DNA of 55,248 nucleotides, counting the filler, from Ionaspis alba (taxonomy: Eukaryota): NCBI GenBank assembly GCA_964255285.1. It is 2 parts of 2 records of this genome, joined end to end, with 100 filler letters (N's around TTAATTAATTAA, not from the genome) between each part and the next. Parts side by side here need not be neighbours in the genome. Positions count along the whole stretch, not along the records: positions 1 to 27,618 come from CAXUUL010000136.1; 1 more part is not named here. One strand, written 5' to 3'. This document shows positions 11,352-24,209 of the stretch, piece by piece. The notes beneath the pieces are model-generated. The model had not been told where the DNA came from. It saw only the letters and a list, made by a program, of their open reading frames with translations, and searched no databases. The translations under genes and the position numbers were made by a program. Numbering within the stretch: the stretch's first letter is position 1; each line of letters starts with the position of its first letter.

Positions 11352-14300
11352 ATGACTGCACAGCTCCTTGCCTCTGAACTGTCGACTTTGATACAGGATG
11401 CCAAGAGGAAATACCCAGATATCAGAAGTGTACGTTTGCAATTTGTGGTGGAAGTATAGTATTAACACTATAGCAGGCCGCTGAGAAGTCTCTGAGTGAA
11501 TTGAAGGCTCTTCCAAATACTTCGGAAGCTCAATTATCGGCAGGCATGGCATCTACCACATCTCCGCCATAGATATCATTGCTGATCCTGAAAGAGATCT
11601 AAAGAGGCGCCCCAACTTCGTGCGGCCATTCCTACTTGCCTGTGCAACTCGCAATCCGAAGTATGCAGCCACGGCAATATTGTGCCTACAGAGGCTCGTG
11701 GTGTCCAATGCCCTTGCTCAGGAAACTTTAAGCGACGCTTTGGATGTCCTCCGCGAATGTAGCTCACTGAGTACGATATTCTCTACCAAGCCTTTAGATG
11801 CAAGCGCTGAACTAGTCAATTCAAGCTCTGGATATCCAACTCAAAATTCTCCAATTGCTTCCATCACTGTTACAAAATAATGCAGATCAACTCAGTGGGA
11901 GCTTGCTGGCCACAGCCTTGCATATCTGCTTCTTGTTACTGGCTGGTAAGGCAACAGTCGTTTCGAACACAGCTGCGGCAACTTTGCAGCAACTTGTCGT
12001 CGCTGTACTTGGGAGGGTGGCAGTGGAAGACGGTCGGTCACTTCCATATGATATCTACTATTTGGCTGACATATTACAGAGCTCAATTCGGAGGTGTCTT
12101 TCATACATGATCTGCCTCTAGAGGGCGGGTTAGTGCCAGTGAGGAGAGCCGCCCTAGATTCCTATCATGTATGTGCCCATTTTCTGTGAGAAAGAATTAG
12201 CATTCTGAACCGGTCTCAAGCTTCTGAACGATCTATGTCTGTTAGCAGAAGGTGAAAACCCTGAGTTCTTACATTCAGCCTCGGTGAAACCAGATCTTGT
12301 GCTTGAGTTGTTTGAGTCGATGCTCTCCAATCATGTCGAAATCGTATGCGCACATCCGGAACAGATATATGTGCTTCGTGTCCGGCTCGTACCCTTCGTA
12401 ATCAGAATCTTATCCGAAAGAGTGTCGTTCTCCACTACAGTTCGAGCAATGCGACTCCTCCCGGTGATACTTGACAACATGCTAGGTGTACTCGCATCCG
12501 AATGCGAGATGGTTTTGAGCTTATTGACCCATTTGCTTGATCCGGATGCGGCTGTCACCTGGAAGCGGGTTCTATGTATGGAGATATTTAAAAGCATCTA
12601 TGCGCAGCCTGCATTAGTCAGAAGTATTTATGCTCACTTTGACGAACGAGAAGGGAAGAGAAACATCATACAAGATCACCTGGCATCGCTCGTACGCCTG
12701 GCTTCAGAGAAGCCATCCATAATCGGTCTGGGTCGACAATCTTCAATGCCTGCAGCATCTGCTCAGGGAGACGAAGACACGGATGAGCAAGCAGCTCTTC
12801 AAGCTGAAGGCATTGCTGGTACAATTGGGGTAGCAATGACAATCAAGCCTTCTGTTGCCCCAGGGGTCAGCTTGCAACGGGATACTATGAGAGTGCCTTG
12901 CATAGATCAATTAGACAAGACGGATTCTCCTCCAATCCCTCCGGCATATCTCTACAGTCTAACGTTGACCTGCATGAATAGCTTCTCCGATGGTGTAGCC
13001 AGGTTTTTGTTGCCTTTCTCCATGTCTACAGAGTCGAAAAGCAAAAGAAAAGCACGCCATACGAAAGAAGACGACACAGCCCAATCCAGCATCAAACACA
13101 GGACTGATGTCGAAGCGAACGGTATCTATGATTCAAGGCCACTTGCGGCTCAAAGCGTGACTACCTCAAGGTTGCCCATTAATCCAATGACTTTAACCGA
13201 CCATGTCCTCTACAGCCAAATCTGCACCTCAGCGAAATTGGTCGATTCGTGCTGGCCCGCACTTTTGGCTGCGTATTCTACCTTTCTTCATGCCGCACTA
13301 GACACGGACTACTATCATGCTCTCGTTCGATCTTTCCAGAAATTCACTCAGATCTCTGGTCTACTACGACTTTCGACCCCTCGGGATGCCTTCCTAACGA
13401 CGCTCGGGAAAAACGCGGTGCCGCCTGCCGTTGTGAATACCCTGGTAGCAATGTCGTCTCCACTTAGACCTCCGGTCCTCAAAGACTTTTATGAGCCTGC
13501 GAGCAAGAAACAAGACAGTGGAAACAAATCTATACCTGTGCCACGCAGCTCATCCGACAAGATAAGAGAATCGCTCGAGATGGAGCCTGTCCGTTTGAAC
13601 TCTCGTAACCTACTCTGCCTGCGTGCGCTTTTAAATCTTGGCATTGCCTTGGGGCCTATCTTGGATAGTGCTTGGCCGATTGTGCTTGAGACTCTGCAGC
13701 ACGCGGATCTTGTAATCACTCAATCCATGTCTCAACGTCGACAAGTCAGCAATGGACAAGCGACACCCCCTGTTGGTAACGACAGCTCACTTCTTGGCGA
13801 CATTGGAAACGAAATCTCCGCTGCCAAAATTGCTGCCACCAAGATGATTGAAATCTGTGCGGACCTCCCAGAAGAGTCTTTCTTGAGGTTTCTCGAAGCT
13901 CTCAAAGGTTTGTTAAGGGGTGTGGAGCCGGACAGGGAATTGGCGGCAAGTAGGACTTCCACGCCGCTTGTACGATCTACGCCATCTCTGGATTATCATA
14001 AGCCCATCAGTTTGTCTAGCATGGTCACTTCTCAGGCTCATGATACGCGTGGAAACAGGTTTGTCATTGACAATCTCCACAAACTCATCAACTGCAACTC
14101 TTCTCGCTTGATAGACGGTTCGCCTGCTCATAGTGGCTGGGACATTATTGTTGATACGTTAATTAGCGTGGTATGTACTCGGGATACTGACGCTGAGCTT
14201 CGATGGGATGGCGCCAAAACCTTGTGCAATCTGGTTCAGATGACCGCACACTCGGAATCTCCCAGCCCTTCTCGCGATAAAGCAAGACAGCAAGGATTAC

Positions 14301-16795
14301 TGACGTTGCAGAGGTTGGTCGGAACACTGTATTCTGAGAAAAGTGCTGCGGATAAGACCTCGAAGACCTGTGATCAAGAAATACACCGAATGTTGCTAGA
14401 CACGCTTCGATCTTCACTCGAGCATTATGGGGACTCGTTGACACTTGGATGGGACAGCGCTTTGATCATAATTGCAAGTGTTTTTGACGACGAATCTGAA
14501 GCCCGCTTCGCGGGCTTTCGACCGAACTCTGCTGGACTCAGTCGTGTTGTGCATGCAAGGTCAGCCAACCTCGTCCGGTCGTCCTTTGGCTCACTACAAC
14601 TAATCTGCTCGGACTTTTTGGGGACGGTTGAACTCATATGCTTGCCCCGGCTCTTGACAATCACACAGTCATTCTGTCTCCAAAAAGACGATTTCAATAT
14701 CTCCTTAACAGCAAGTTTGTCTTCTACCGCGGAAGCATAAGTACTGACGTATGACAGGCTACCACGCTCTTTTGGAGCATATCCGATCGTCTTTGGCAGG
14801 GAAATGATTTCATGGGGCTAAGTTACGAGAGTGTGCAAAGGAGCTCTAGGTCGCTACAAGCGGCCTCTGATCACCCGCAGAATCCACCAATGCCCACGGA
14901 GGTCTTATGGATAGAAATGCTTCGTCTCCTTGTGGAGACAACCGTTGATGGAAGACCCCAGATAAGACATAGTCAGCGTTCTCAAGTGTGCATAGAATCT
15001 GGGCTGACATGAGGCAGGTGCGTTGCACACTATTTTCAGGATCTTCGATGCTTGTGGCGAGAAAATTCGTGCAAACGACTGGACCACCTGCCTTCAAATG
15101 ATCGTGCTCGGGGTGCTAGTTTTTAATGAATCTGCCTACCAGCATGTCGACTCGCTAGAGGCTAGTGAACGGGTCAAACATGCGTCAGATTGGAATGAAA
15201 CAGCCATTATTGCGGTTGATAATATTGGAACACTGCTTCAGCGGAACCTGCATACCATGCTTGCGCATACAGAGTTTACATCTCAGTTTACAGCGTTGGC
15301 AGATCACCTCCGGATGCTTCTGCGACGCCAGTCGTTGAAGGTCAGCGCGGCAGTGTTTGCAGCTCTCGAAAAAATAATCTCACAGGGCGGCCAAGAGAAG
15401 GACAGCTTTGCTCCATGTACCGAGACTGCTTGGGAAATATGGTATTCCTGCAACCCTGTTGCGCAAAGCGAGAACTTGTCAGCCGATCGCGTAGACAACC
15501 AGCCTGCGCTTATTGCATATTTACGTTGTCTTACAGAACTCTACCCGCTTGTCTCTGCGACCATTGGTGTTCAACAAGTAAAGGTTATCCTGAATCAGCT
15601 CCGGAGGTGTGCGACCGGCTCCAGTTCAACAACCTACGTCTCCGATATCGATACGATGACTGCTTTGCAAGCCCAAATCTTGTCCTGCATCAGACTGATG
15701 CGAACGAAGGCGTCAGGGGCAGTTTCAGAATCGATCAAAACCATCTCCTTTCTTTTGACCCTAGCTTACGATCAGCGGGATTTGACGGGAGAAGAGAAAG
15801 GCCCTACCCATGTTGCTATGTCTAAAGCCGCCATGGGCTTACTTTTGGACTATGTGAACAGACACGTCGATGACGACGAGATCTACCTAGAAGACACCAT
15901 GACGATTGCTCTTCAAGCCTTGGATAGACCAATCCGACTCAAATATGAATGGCAGATAGAGGGGAAATACCCACCTCCTTGGGAGAAAGCCACTACTACA
16001 ACCGTGGCTTTCTTAAGATTAGTGTTGCCTGGACTACAGAGATTGAGGATTCAAGATACAGATGATTCTGCCGTTTGGAGGGTAATGCTGAGTGTCTGCG
16101 ACAGTATAGCATCTGCCAATCTTGACTGTTGCACAGCAAGATGCAGGATCTCTGGCGACCAAGATTTCGACATCGAGGCTTTCAAGGAGTTGTTTGGCCT
16201 GCTTGTTCCGCTGCTGGGCTCGAATCTTCTCACCGATCAGCACAGACGTATGTTCTCGGGATCCTTGTTCAAGAACTCAATCATACACGAGCCTCACCCT
16301 GACGACCTTCCCCGTCAAGAGGGAGAACTTCTCGATGGCCTTCGAAGCTCCCACATAGGGCGTACGCAGGACCTGCCACCGACACCTCGTTCGAAAATGG
16401 CCTACGTCCTGGTAGATGGTTTGTTTGATCTTGTGGCACATCACGACGGGTCGTCCGAACGAGTAAAATTGGCTCAGGCTGCTGCGCCGTGGCTGATCCT
16501 CAGAGTGGGAGTTGTCCTTAAGGCCTATGTACTTGATCAGCCGCTCCGTGGACGAATGCCTCAGCCCTCATCACATAGAATAGAGATGCTCTACCTGCTC
16601 CGTAAGTTGGTAGAGCTCGATTCAGAACCGCGAGCGATTCCAGATGCCCCGGGTGTGAACTCGAAGTACAAAAAACACGTGTACCGGGTGTACGCTCTGG
16701 TGACCCAGGCGCTTGGTATTGCTCGAAGAGACCGAGAGATGCAGAACAGCCTCACTCGCGTCATCGAGACTGTCTCACAGGATTTCGGCTTGTGA
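11352..16795 (+). CDS. MON2: Mon2/Ysl2, Arf-GEF-like endosomal/Golgi scaffold; multi-exon with two predicted GC-AG introns
   Basis: MTAQLLASELSTLIQDAKRK; RPFLLAC; LDIQLKILQLLPSL; VSNTAAATLQQLV; WKRVLCMEIF; RDAFLTTLGK; LVRSSFGSLQLICSDFL; AYVLDQPLRGRMPQP. Confidence 0.93.
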
Positions 16796-17099
16796 TCGCT
16801 CCTTTGCGGACTTTGGTAATAGGGGCCATGAGCGACAGTGCCATTGACCATGCTTTGGTTTAGCAGGAATGTACCGTAACAGGTAGTACTCGACCAAATC
16901 TAATCATTATTGCAATGCTTATGTTTATCATTACTGCGACACGCTGCACGACACATCTGGTTTCAATACATGTAGGTTCTATAATTGAAACCCTTAACTC
17001 TATTTCATGACTATAAAATAATAGCAGCGCCTCGTAGCGTACGAAGTCAACGACTATATCTTCGTGCGTATCCTTCATTCGTATCCTGAACGTAGCAAC

Positions 17100-17495
17100 C
17101 TACTTGAAGTCCACATGTTTGATTGTCCCGTCCTCGCCCAGATGAACGTTCATTCTGTTGACAATGACTGTAAGCGCGATGCAGCCGGATAAAAACTCAT
17201 ATAGCTCACCGTTCCTTGTTGAAGTCTTGCGTCATCAGTGAACCAGGCTCGATGATTCGGTGCTGTTTTGGCAGGTCTTGCTTGGCAAAGTTCTAAGCTT
17301 CCATAAGCACGAATCACTTACGAGGTTTACGGGTAGTAGAGTGGTTGGCAAAACGGAAGCGACCGTTAAGTTGACAGGCTCACTCACAGTAGCGTCCGTC
17401 TTGTCCGACAACTTCTTTCCGGCAAGCTTACTAAGCCACTCGGATTGTTGGTCAGAGCCGGAATTGGACGTGATACCCGGGACGACAAGAGGCAT
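17100..17495 (-). CDS. Small peptidase inhibitor, I78-like family; 3 exons
   Basis: Spliced product MPLVVPGITSNSGSDQQSEWLSKLAGKKLSDKTDAT-NFAKQDLPKQHRIIEPGSLMTQDFNKER-MNVHLGEDGTIKHVDFK; the RII.PG..MT.DF..ER.NV motif is typical of this inhibitor fold. Confidence 0.8.
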
Positions 17496-18040
17496 GATGA
17501 CTCCAAATGAAATGATCTTAAGCAGTCGAATCGTAGGATCTAAGTGAAAGCTTGGGCAAGATGTGCGACGAAAAGTTTGATGACAATGTTAAAGTTCTTG
17601 AATGAGGTAGTGCAACGCCGTTACCTTATAAGCCTAATAATAAGGTGACGTCTACCTTGGCACCATAATATTGATTGGCTTCGTGACGTTAAGCGCTCCG
17701 CGGAAGAGGAACTTGCAGACACGCTAACCTGAAGCAAGCACAGTATCCGCCCTTCGAGAAATTAGACGCGCTTGCCGCAGCCTACATTCAACCTCAAAGC
17801 GCTGTTGTTGTAAAGAGGAAGTACTCCAGCAACTTAATCTCGATCCGGCCAACTACTTTCGAAGTCAACCCGGAAACGTCAATCCCAGATCTCTACTGAG
17901 GACGTCCGTCAAGCAGTACGTCATCTCATCAGATCGTCTGTAAGGCGTAAGGTTCGCTTTGCCTTGAGTCTGCGGACTTAGGAGGGGAGCTGATAGTTGT
18001 GATTGGATTTGCAAAACTCATCACTCTGCAAACACTCATC

Positions 18041-18910
18041 ATGTCGTCCGGCTTCGTCTCCGGGGGCACTACCGACCAGCCCTTAGAACGCGACGACGAA
18101 TGGCGCAAGGCGCAGCATGAAATCGAAGTTGCACGGAAGAAAAAGGAAGATGAGAGTAGGCACGAGGGAGGAAAGTCTCTCTATGAGGTCTTACAGCAGA
18201 ACAAAGGTGGCTACACTAGATTTTCTACCACGATTTCGGGATTTGACTGCCATGGCTGATATCTTAGGTGCTTTGTCATGATTGCAGCTGCAAAGCAGGA
18301 GGCATTCGAAGAATCGATAAGACTCAAAAACCAGTTCCGTAACCTCGATGAAGATGAAGTAGAATTCCTGGATTCCGTCCTCGAATCCACAAGGGCGAAG
18401 GAAGAAGCTGTCAAGAAGGAGACCCGCGAACAGCTAGAGATTTTTCGCCGGCAGCAAGAAGAAACGGACCAGACTCTTATCAGATCATCGGAGAATGAGG
18501 GTCGTCAGCTTGGGACATCCCACAATACGGTCTCTACCTCGGATGAACCTCAATGGACTGTCAGCGCCCGCAAACGAAAACGAGCCATGGAGAGAGAGTT
18601 CCTCAAAGGCGTCAAGTTACGAAAGTCCTTATCCACCCGTGATCCACTGACAGCTACAACACATATGCAAGTATCAATGCAGCCGCCAGTGACTGTGGAA
18701 GCCGCTAGTAACGAGCTTGGTGCGGATACCGGCGATCCCAATGATGGTGCAAGTGTTGATCAACTTAGCTTGACCGCTGCAAAGTCAGCTTCCGACCGTG
18801 AGATCGAGGCCCAAACCTCTGTCTATGCCTCTCTAGAGAGATCTGGCAGTCGTAAGGCAGGTCAAGTACTGGACTTAGGCCTTGTCGACTATGCCTCTGA
18901 TGCTGATTAA
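18041..18910 (+). CDS. NIP30/FAM192A (Fyv6-like) N-terminal domain protein; 2 exons
   Basis: MSSGFVSGG..KSLYEVLQQNK / AAKQEAFEESIRLKNQFRNLDEDEVEFLD; C-terminal LGLVDYASD. Confidence 0.88.
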
Positions 18911-19320
18911 GGGAGGGAGCACTACCTATCGGACTCGGGAGCTTTGATATCCTCAGTATTATGTGGCAGTCCCATTGAAAATTAAACTTGCAAGATGACA
19001 CTTCTTTTTGAAGCTTCCCGTTTTACAGCATCTATTCGTGCTACTCTCGAGACTGCGCACAAAGGGAGCTAAATTAAAGATCGTCTTCCCACGAGGTACT
19101 CCGAGAACAATGCGAAGTCTGCTTTCATCAGGACAAATGCGGCCAAGCGCTTTGTATTCGAGGAGTCACAGCAACAGGAAGCATATATCGGATCATTTTT
19201 TCTCTTCCAACTCCCCTTTCGAACTATTTAATTGCTTGTAATTATCACGCGTGGCCAAGTAATTGGTATCGTCTATTACATTTGGTAGCACTGCTATTCT
19301 TGCAACACTCCAGGGTGAGG

Positions 19321-21444
19321 ATGTTCAAATCCTACCCAGCACCGCGATGGCCCCATGTGGCAAAAATCTGGGAATGCTGCTCTTGTAAGAAACCTAACAG
19401 TGTCTTGTTTGGAAACAAGAGGTTCCGATGCAAGCTGTGTCACCATAGACAGTGCCAGACTTGTTGCGAAATCGATGAAGGCGACCTTGTCTTTGCTCCA
19501 CTCCCGGATACTCTCAGAGGATACAGGGAACGTGATTCTATGTCAGACGGTGAAGACGATGAAGAAAATCATAAGACTGATGACTTGTTAAGGCGGCGGC
19601 GGCGCTCAGCATCCCCACGTGGCACACGAACAGCGTGGCCTGAAGCCGAGGATTTCGGATTGGAAGAGGTCGTAAACCGGATCAGCAACGCAGTCGTATT
19701 GAAAGACAAAGCGACGGGCAGATCGGCCGATGTAGAGATTCCCAAGGGCTATGCGATGTCAGCCAGTTTTCTCACGACAGATAGGGAAATTCTTGAGAAA
19801 CGTGAAAGACTTGGCGTAAGGGACAGTCAGTTGACGCAGAGAGGCGTCCTTCGAAGCCCTGTCCCTCGGTTTTTCGGTTTCAAACCCGAGGACCTAATCA
19901 AATATGACATCCTGGAGAAAGAATATGTCGAGTCGAATAATTTGACGACTGATATCCATCCAATGCTTATCCGCAACCATTGGACCAATGTTCCAGATGA
20001 TGTTTATGATACCCTCTTACCTGCTTTGAGACTGGTATCCATGTTCTTGACGCATCCATGTGCAATGCAGTTTTTCATCGATCTCTTGTTCGGTGAGCGG
20101 GAGCTCGATTGGGACAAAATCATCGAGACCGAGGTTCCGCAGCAGAGGATTCCATTCAATCTAAGTAATAATGACAAACAATCTGCGGGAGCAATCGACT
20201 ATCTCAGAAAGATCGGATCCGCGATTGATCCCGAACACGGTAATATCTGGAATTTTAAGTTCAACATCAAGCTCGATCCAGAGGATAATGGATTCCGGTG
20301 CTTCGGTTATAATCGCAATCCACGAGGAGGATCTGACCAAGCCCCTGCTAACAAAGACCTCGTGGAACGTTATCTCGCAGATTTACCGACTGGCTTACAG
20401 CGAGTCGCCATCATCCTGCATGGAGACTTTTATGTGGTAGCCAAGAAAATCCTGGATACAAAACATTATCCCGAGGATCAAAAGCTTCGGTTTTATTTCC
20501 TGTTCGCAAGTGTACTTATGCATGAAGTAAGACATTACCATCTTCATTCCACGTCTTCAGTAACTGACAGGTAGCAATAGATTGCCCATGGCGTCGGCAC
20601 AGTAGATCCGTTCAGGCATTTTGCAACTCTTCACCAGGTCTCGCTAGAAGAACCCTATTTTGGATACAATGAGATAGCCGAGAACGGTTTGTCCTGGGAG
20701 TCCATGACCCTCGGAGGTCGAATCGATCCCATCAACAACGATCTGAGCTGCAGGTTCGGACTTGCAACCCAGGGTTGGCCTTCACTAGGGCCAGAAAATC
20801 CCATCTATGCGATTCCCATGGGATATGTCGAAGCCATCCAACGGCAGGAAACGTGGGACAATCTTCGGACATATGACCCCGATGAGGTCAAACGAGTGCT
20901 TTTCGTACCACAGACTGGCCCAAGGACTCTGAAATTACCTTACGTCACCACATTAAGTTCAGCAGAAGTCCAGCGAGTTGAGCAGGAAGAACGAGACGAG
21001 ATTCTGCGACGGGAAGAGGAGGGCAGAATTGTGGTGGAGAAAATACTGGAAAGGGCAATTCCCAAAGATCTCACTCCTGCGCAACAGCGCAAGGTGAACA
21101 TGGCTACAGAAGGAGTCGCCAAGAAGATTATGAAACTATACTCGCATCCCGATCAAGTCCCAGAGGCTCCACGTTTCAAGTCGCCTTTAGATGCGGGTAG
21201 ATACCCATTGAACCTACCACCCTTTATTGCGCCATCTCCGCTTGAGCATTTTAATGTTAGGGCTGAAGAACTTCAAGAGCAACTTGAGCAGAAGCATATA
21301 GCCGAGAAGGCAGAGTACATACGGAAGCTCGCGTCGGGTGAGATATCGCCCGAGACTTCAGAGTCTGGGTCCTCAGGCTCAGGGTCGCCGGAATTGGGGT
21401 CGTCGTCTTCTTCATCCGGCGGCCCACCACAGACCCAGCAATAG
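19321..21444 (+). CDS. Hypothetical protein with N-terminal Cys-rich zinc finger and HExxH (zincin-like) motif; 2 exons
   Basis: ORFs 19282-20574 and 20689-21444 join in frame via intron 20527-20580 (GTAAGA..ACTGAC..TAG), giving LMHE|IAHG; N-terminal WECCSC..CKLCHHRQCQTCC. Confidence 0.75.
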
Positions 21445-22142
21445 AATCTGCCTATACTGGTTCCGGGTCCATCGAGCAAAGATGCGCACAAAAAGGGCTA
21501 CCGTAGGTCTACGTGGTTTGGGAGTAGAGTTTTTAAGCAAACTTCAATATTCCTAGGATAATTCCAGCGCGCCCCACACCAGGGCTCTACAAGACCGAAT
21601 GCCTAACGATCTGATTTGCGCATTTCTTTGATCTTGAGAAGACTTCGGATTCACCATTGTTTCTAGTGTCAATCGTCCAGTACGGCTGGCGAACCCTGTT
21701 GAGAGATCTTTTCGTGCTACGATACGTCGTGATTTTTCTTGGTCTGCTCGAGCGTTTACAAATCATATCAGTTGCGTGTGTTGGTAAAGCCTCTAAGCAG
21801 AAAGAAGTATTCTAAAGGAATTCGATGCTTAAAGTGTTCATAGCTAGACTATGGGGTATTGGCAGTGTGCCGGTAGCTCATGAAATGATGCCAGTTCGAT
21901 GTATTTGAGATGGTCTAGCTCTCCCACGGCTTCCCGGAATGGACAACGAAATGTCAGGACAGAGCAGCGACAGTACAGCCCGATTGCCGGAGGTTTGCTC
22001 CTGCCGGTACTCGATTTATGCCTGTAGAGACCTGTATATGCAATACCCAGTAGCACCATATCATCAGTGGTATCTCCAGTAAATGCATCCGTCACAAGAG
22101 ACGCCACGAGCAAAATGCGGCAATGCACAGATATCGTTGCAC

Positions 22143-23949
22143 TTATGACATCCTCTTGAAGGAGAAGCGAGAATCGTACCCTTCTATTAATCGCGTGTCT
22201 ACCCTTTGCTCCCTTGGAATCATCTCGTGTTTCAAGTCCCAGCACGCGCGTTTACAGAGCTCAGCGACAACGACATCACAGTCACCGAGAAGATCTATAT
22301 CGAAGTTCACGTGGGAGCATGGCTGCGTATAAAATTTAGCAGGAAGAGCAAAGAAATTAAGGGAAGATATGAGGAGGAGAACAAATCGACGGACTAGGAT
22401 CTGAGGAGAAGGAATTCGCGGATTGGAACAACTCACATCTCGAGATATGTATAGCTGTGGCACATTTGATGGCAGGAATCCAACAACCTCCGAGACAGGG
22501 GCAACTTTCAAAGAAGTCCCGATCACAACAACCAGGTCGACGAGGTCGCGGTCGTGATCCACAAGGCGGTCATGGAATGTCTTAGGGAGGTCCTCACCAA
22601 AGAAGGTTATGTCAGGCTAACCGTTGTCAGAAACACTTACGAGGGACAAAAGACGGAGACCTCTAAAATACCTTCATAACTCCAGCACCAATGATATCAT
22701 ATTCCTCGTCAGTGCTATCCTCACAAGCCTCTCTCCGGCGGGACTTGCTATGTGTTGCGCCATTGGAGCTTCTTTTCCTCTTCATACCAGTCGATGCTGC
22801 ACGTTGTAATCGCCGAATGCATCTCGCACATCGAGGCACCTTTCCACTCTTGACATCCGTGTATATCTCCTCGCCCTTCACTTTGTATTTACATGCTATG
22901 CAGGATGCGGTAGCAAAAGAACCATGACATTGGATCAACTTCTCCGGTGCGATACCTGCATGCCCTTCGAGATTGTCAATATTTTGTGTATAATTTGTCA
23001 GGAGCTTATTCTTGTCTTGCAGTAGTCGAATAAATGCATGAGTGGGAGAAAATCTGTTGGTGGATGGGAGGATATCTTTGGCAACGGAGTAGAAAATAGA
23101 GGGATCGTCTTGAAATATCGATATGTCGAAGACTTCCTGAGGATCACTAAGACCCAAATGTTCGAGCTGGGAATAGAGACCAGTGTCTTTCGAGCGGAAG
23201 TCGGGAATTCCGAGACTTGTCGAGATCTAAAGGAGAGTCAGGTAAACCTTGTCATCGGGAGAAGTCGAGGTCAATTACACCTGCACCAGTAAGTACTATG
23301 ATATTCTTTGCCTCCTTCAAGAGCGCCACTGCGTCATCAATGGTATTGTATTGTTCAAGCTTCACACGTTTCGAGAGCTCGCGAGTTATGCCTAGACCCA
23401 GGAGAGGGTAATAAGCACTCTGTTTACTATCAGACTACTGTGTGTCTCTCCCGCCATTCGGGTGCCTACTCACATCTGGGGCACCTTCAAGGAAAGCGGG
23501 GGGGCGAATCCCGAAAGCGGTGCAGAGCTTCTTTGCCGTGATCGTCTCGGCCTCAATGGTTTCGATGACAAACTGATCCTCTCCTATGAGTCGTAGACGT
23601 CTGCGAAATGCGAGAGCCTCGTCCGGAGTACAGAAATCCGGAGCTTTAGCAGAATTAGCCGGATGTCGTTCATCGATAGCTGATTGAATTAATGCTCACA
23701 GCCATTAGAATATTGCTCGTCTCCAATGCCTTCAAGAGCATCTTCGTAAAGAGATTCGTTCTCCCATGGCCCATCGTCACTATCTTCGCCATCGGCATCA
23801 GGGATCTGGGGCAAGGTGTGCCCTACGTCTGGTTTGAGATTCTTAGTCAAGTTGCCGAGCATGTCGTCGTCAGAAGTCAAGTCAACCACATCTATAATGG
23901 TGCCTTTAAGCAACGGCGCCTCGGGTGCTTCGTGGCCGTTTGCCGTCAT
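22143..23949 (-). CDS. SIR2: Class I sirtuin, NAD-dependent histone deacetylase (Sir2/Hst1); multi-exon
   Basis: Spliced [67 protein letters not shown]. Confidence 0.95.
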
Positions 23950-24209
23950 CTTGACGGCTACACAAGACAGTCCATTGCAATCATCTTGGAAGAGCGCGAG
24001 TAGCGTGACGGAATAATGCGCTCCGCGACAAACAGACCGATCGCGTTTAGCGCGACACTTTATCGGTCCGAGACCTATAGGATCCCTTCGTTCTTTTTAC
24101 CCCTTCTGCCTCCTTGCGACACAGGCTGTTGTGAAGGAAAGCCTGGACCGAGTTCAAAGTCAGTATCCACTAATGGAGCCACAGTGTCGCTCTTGTGTCC
24201 CTGACCAGC

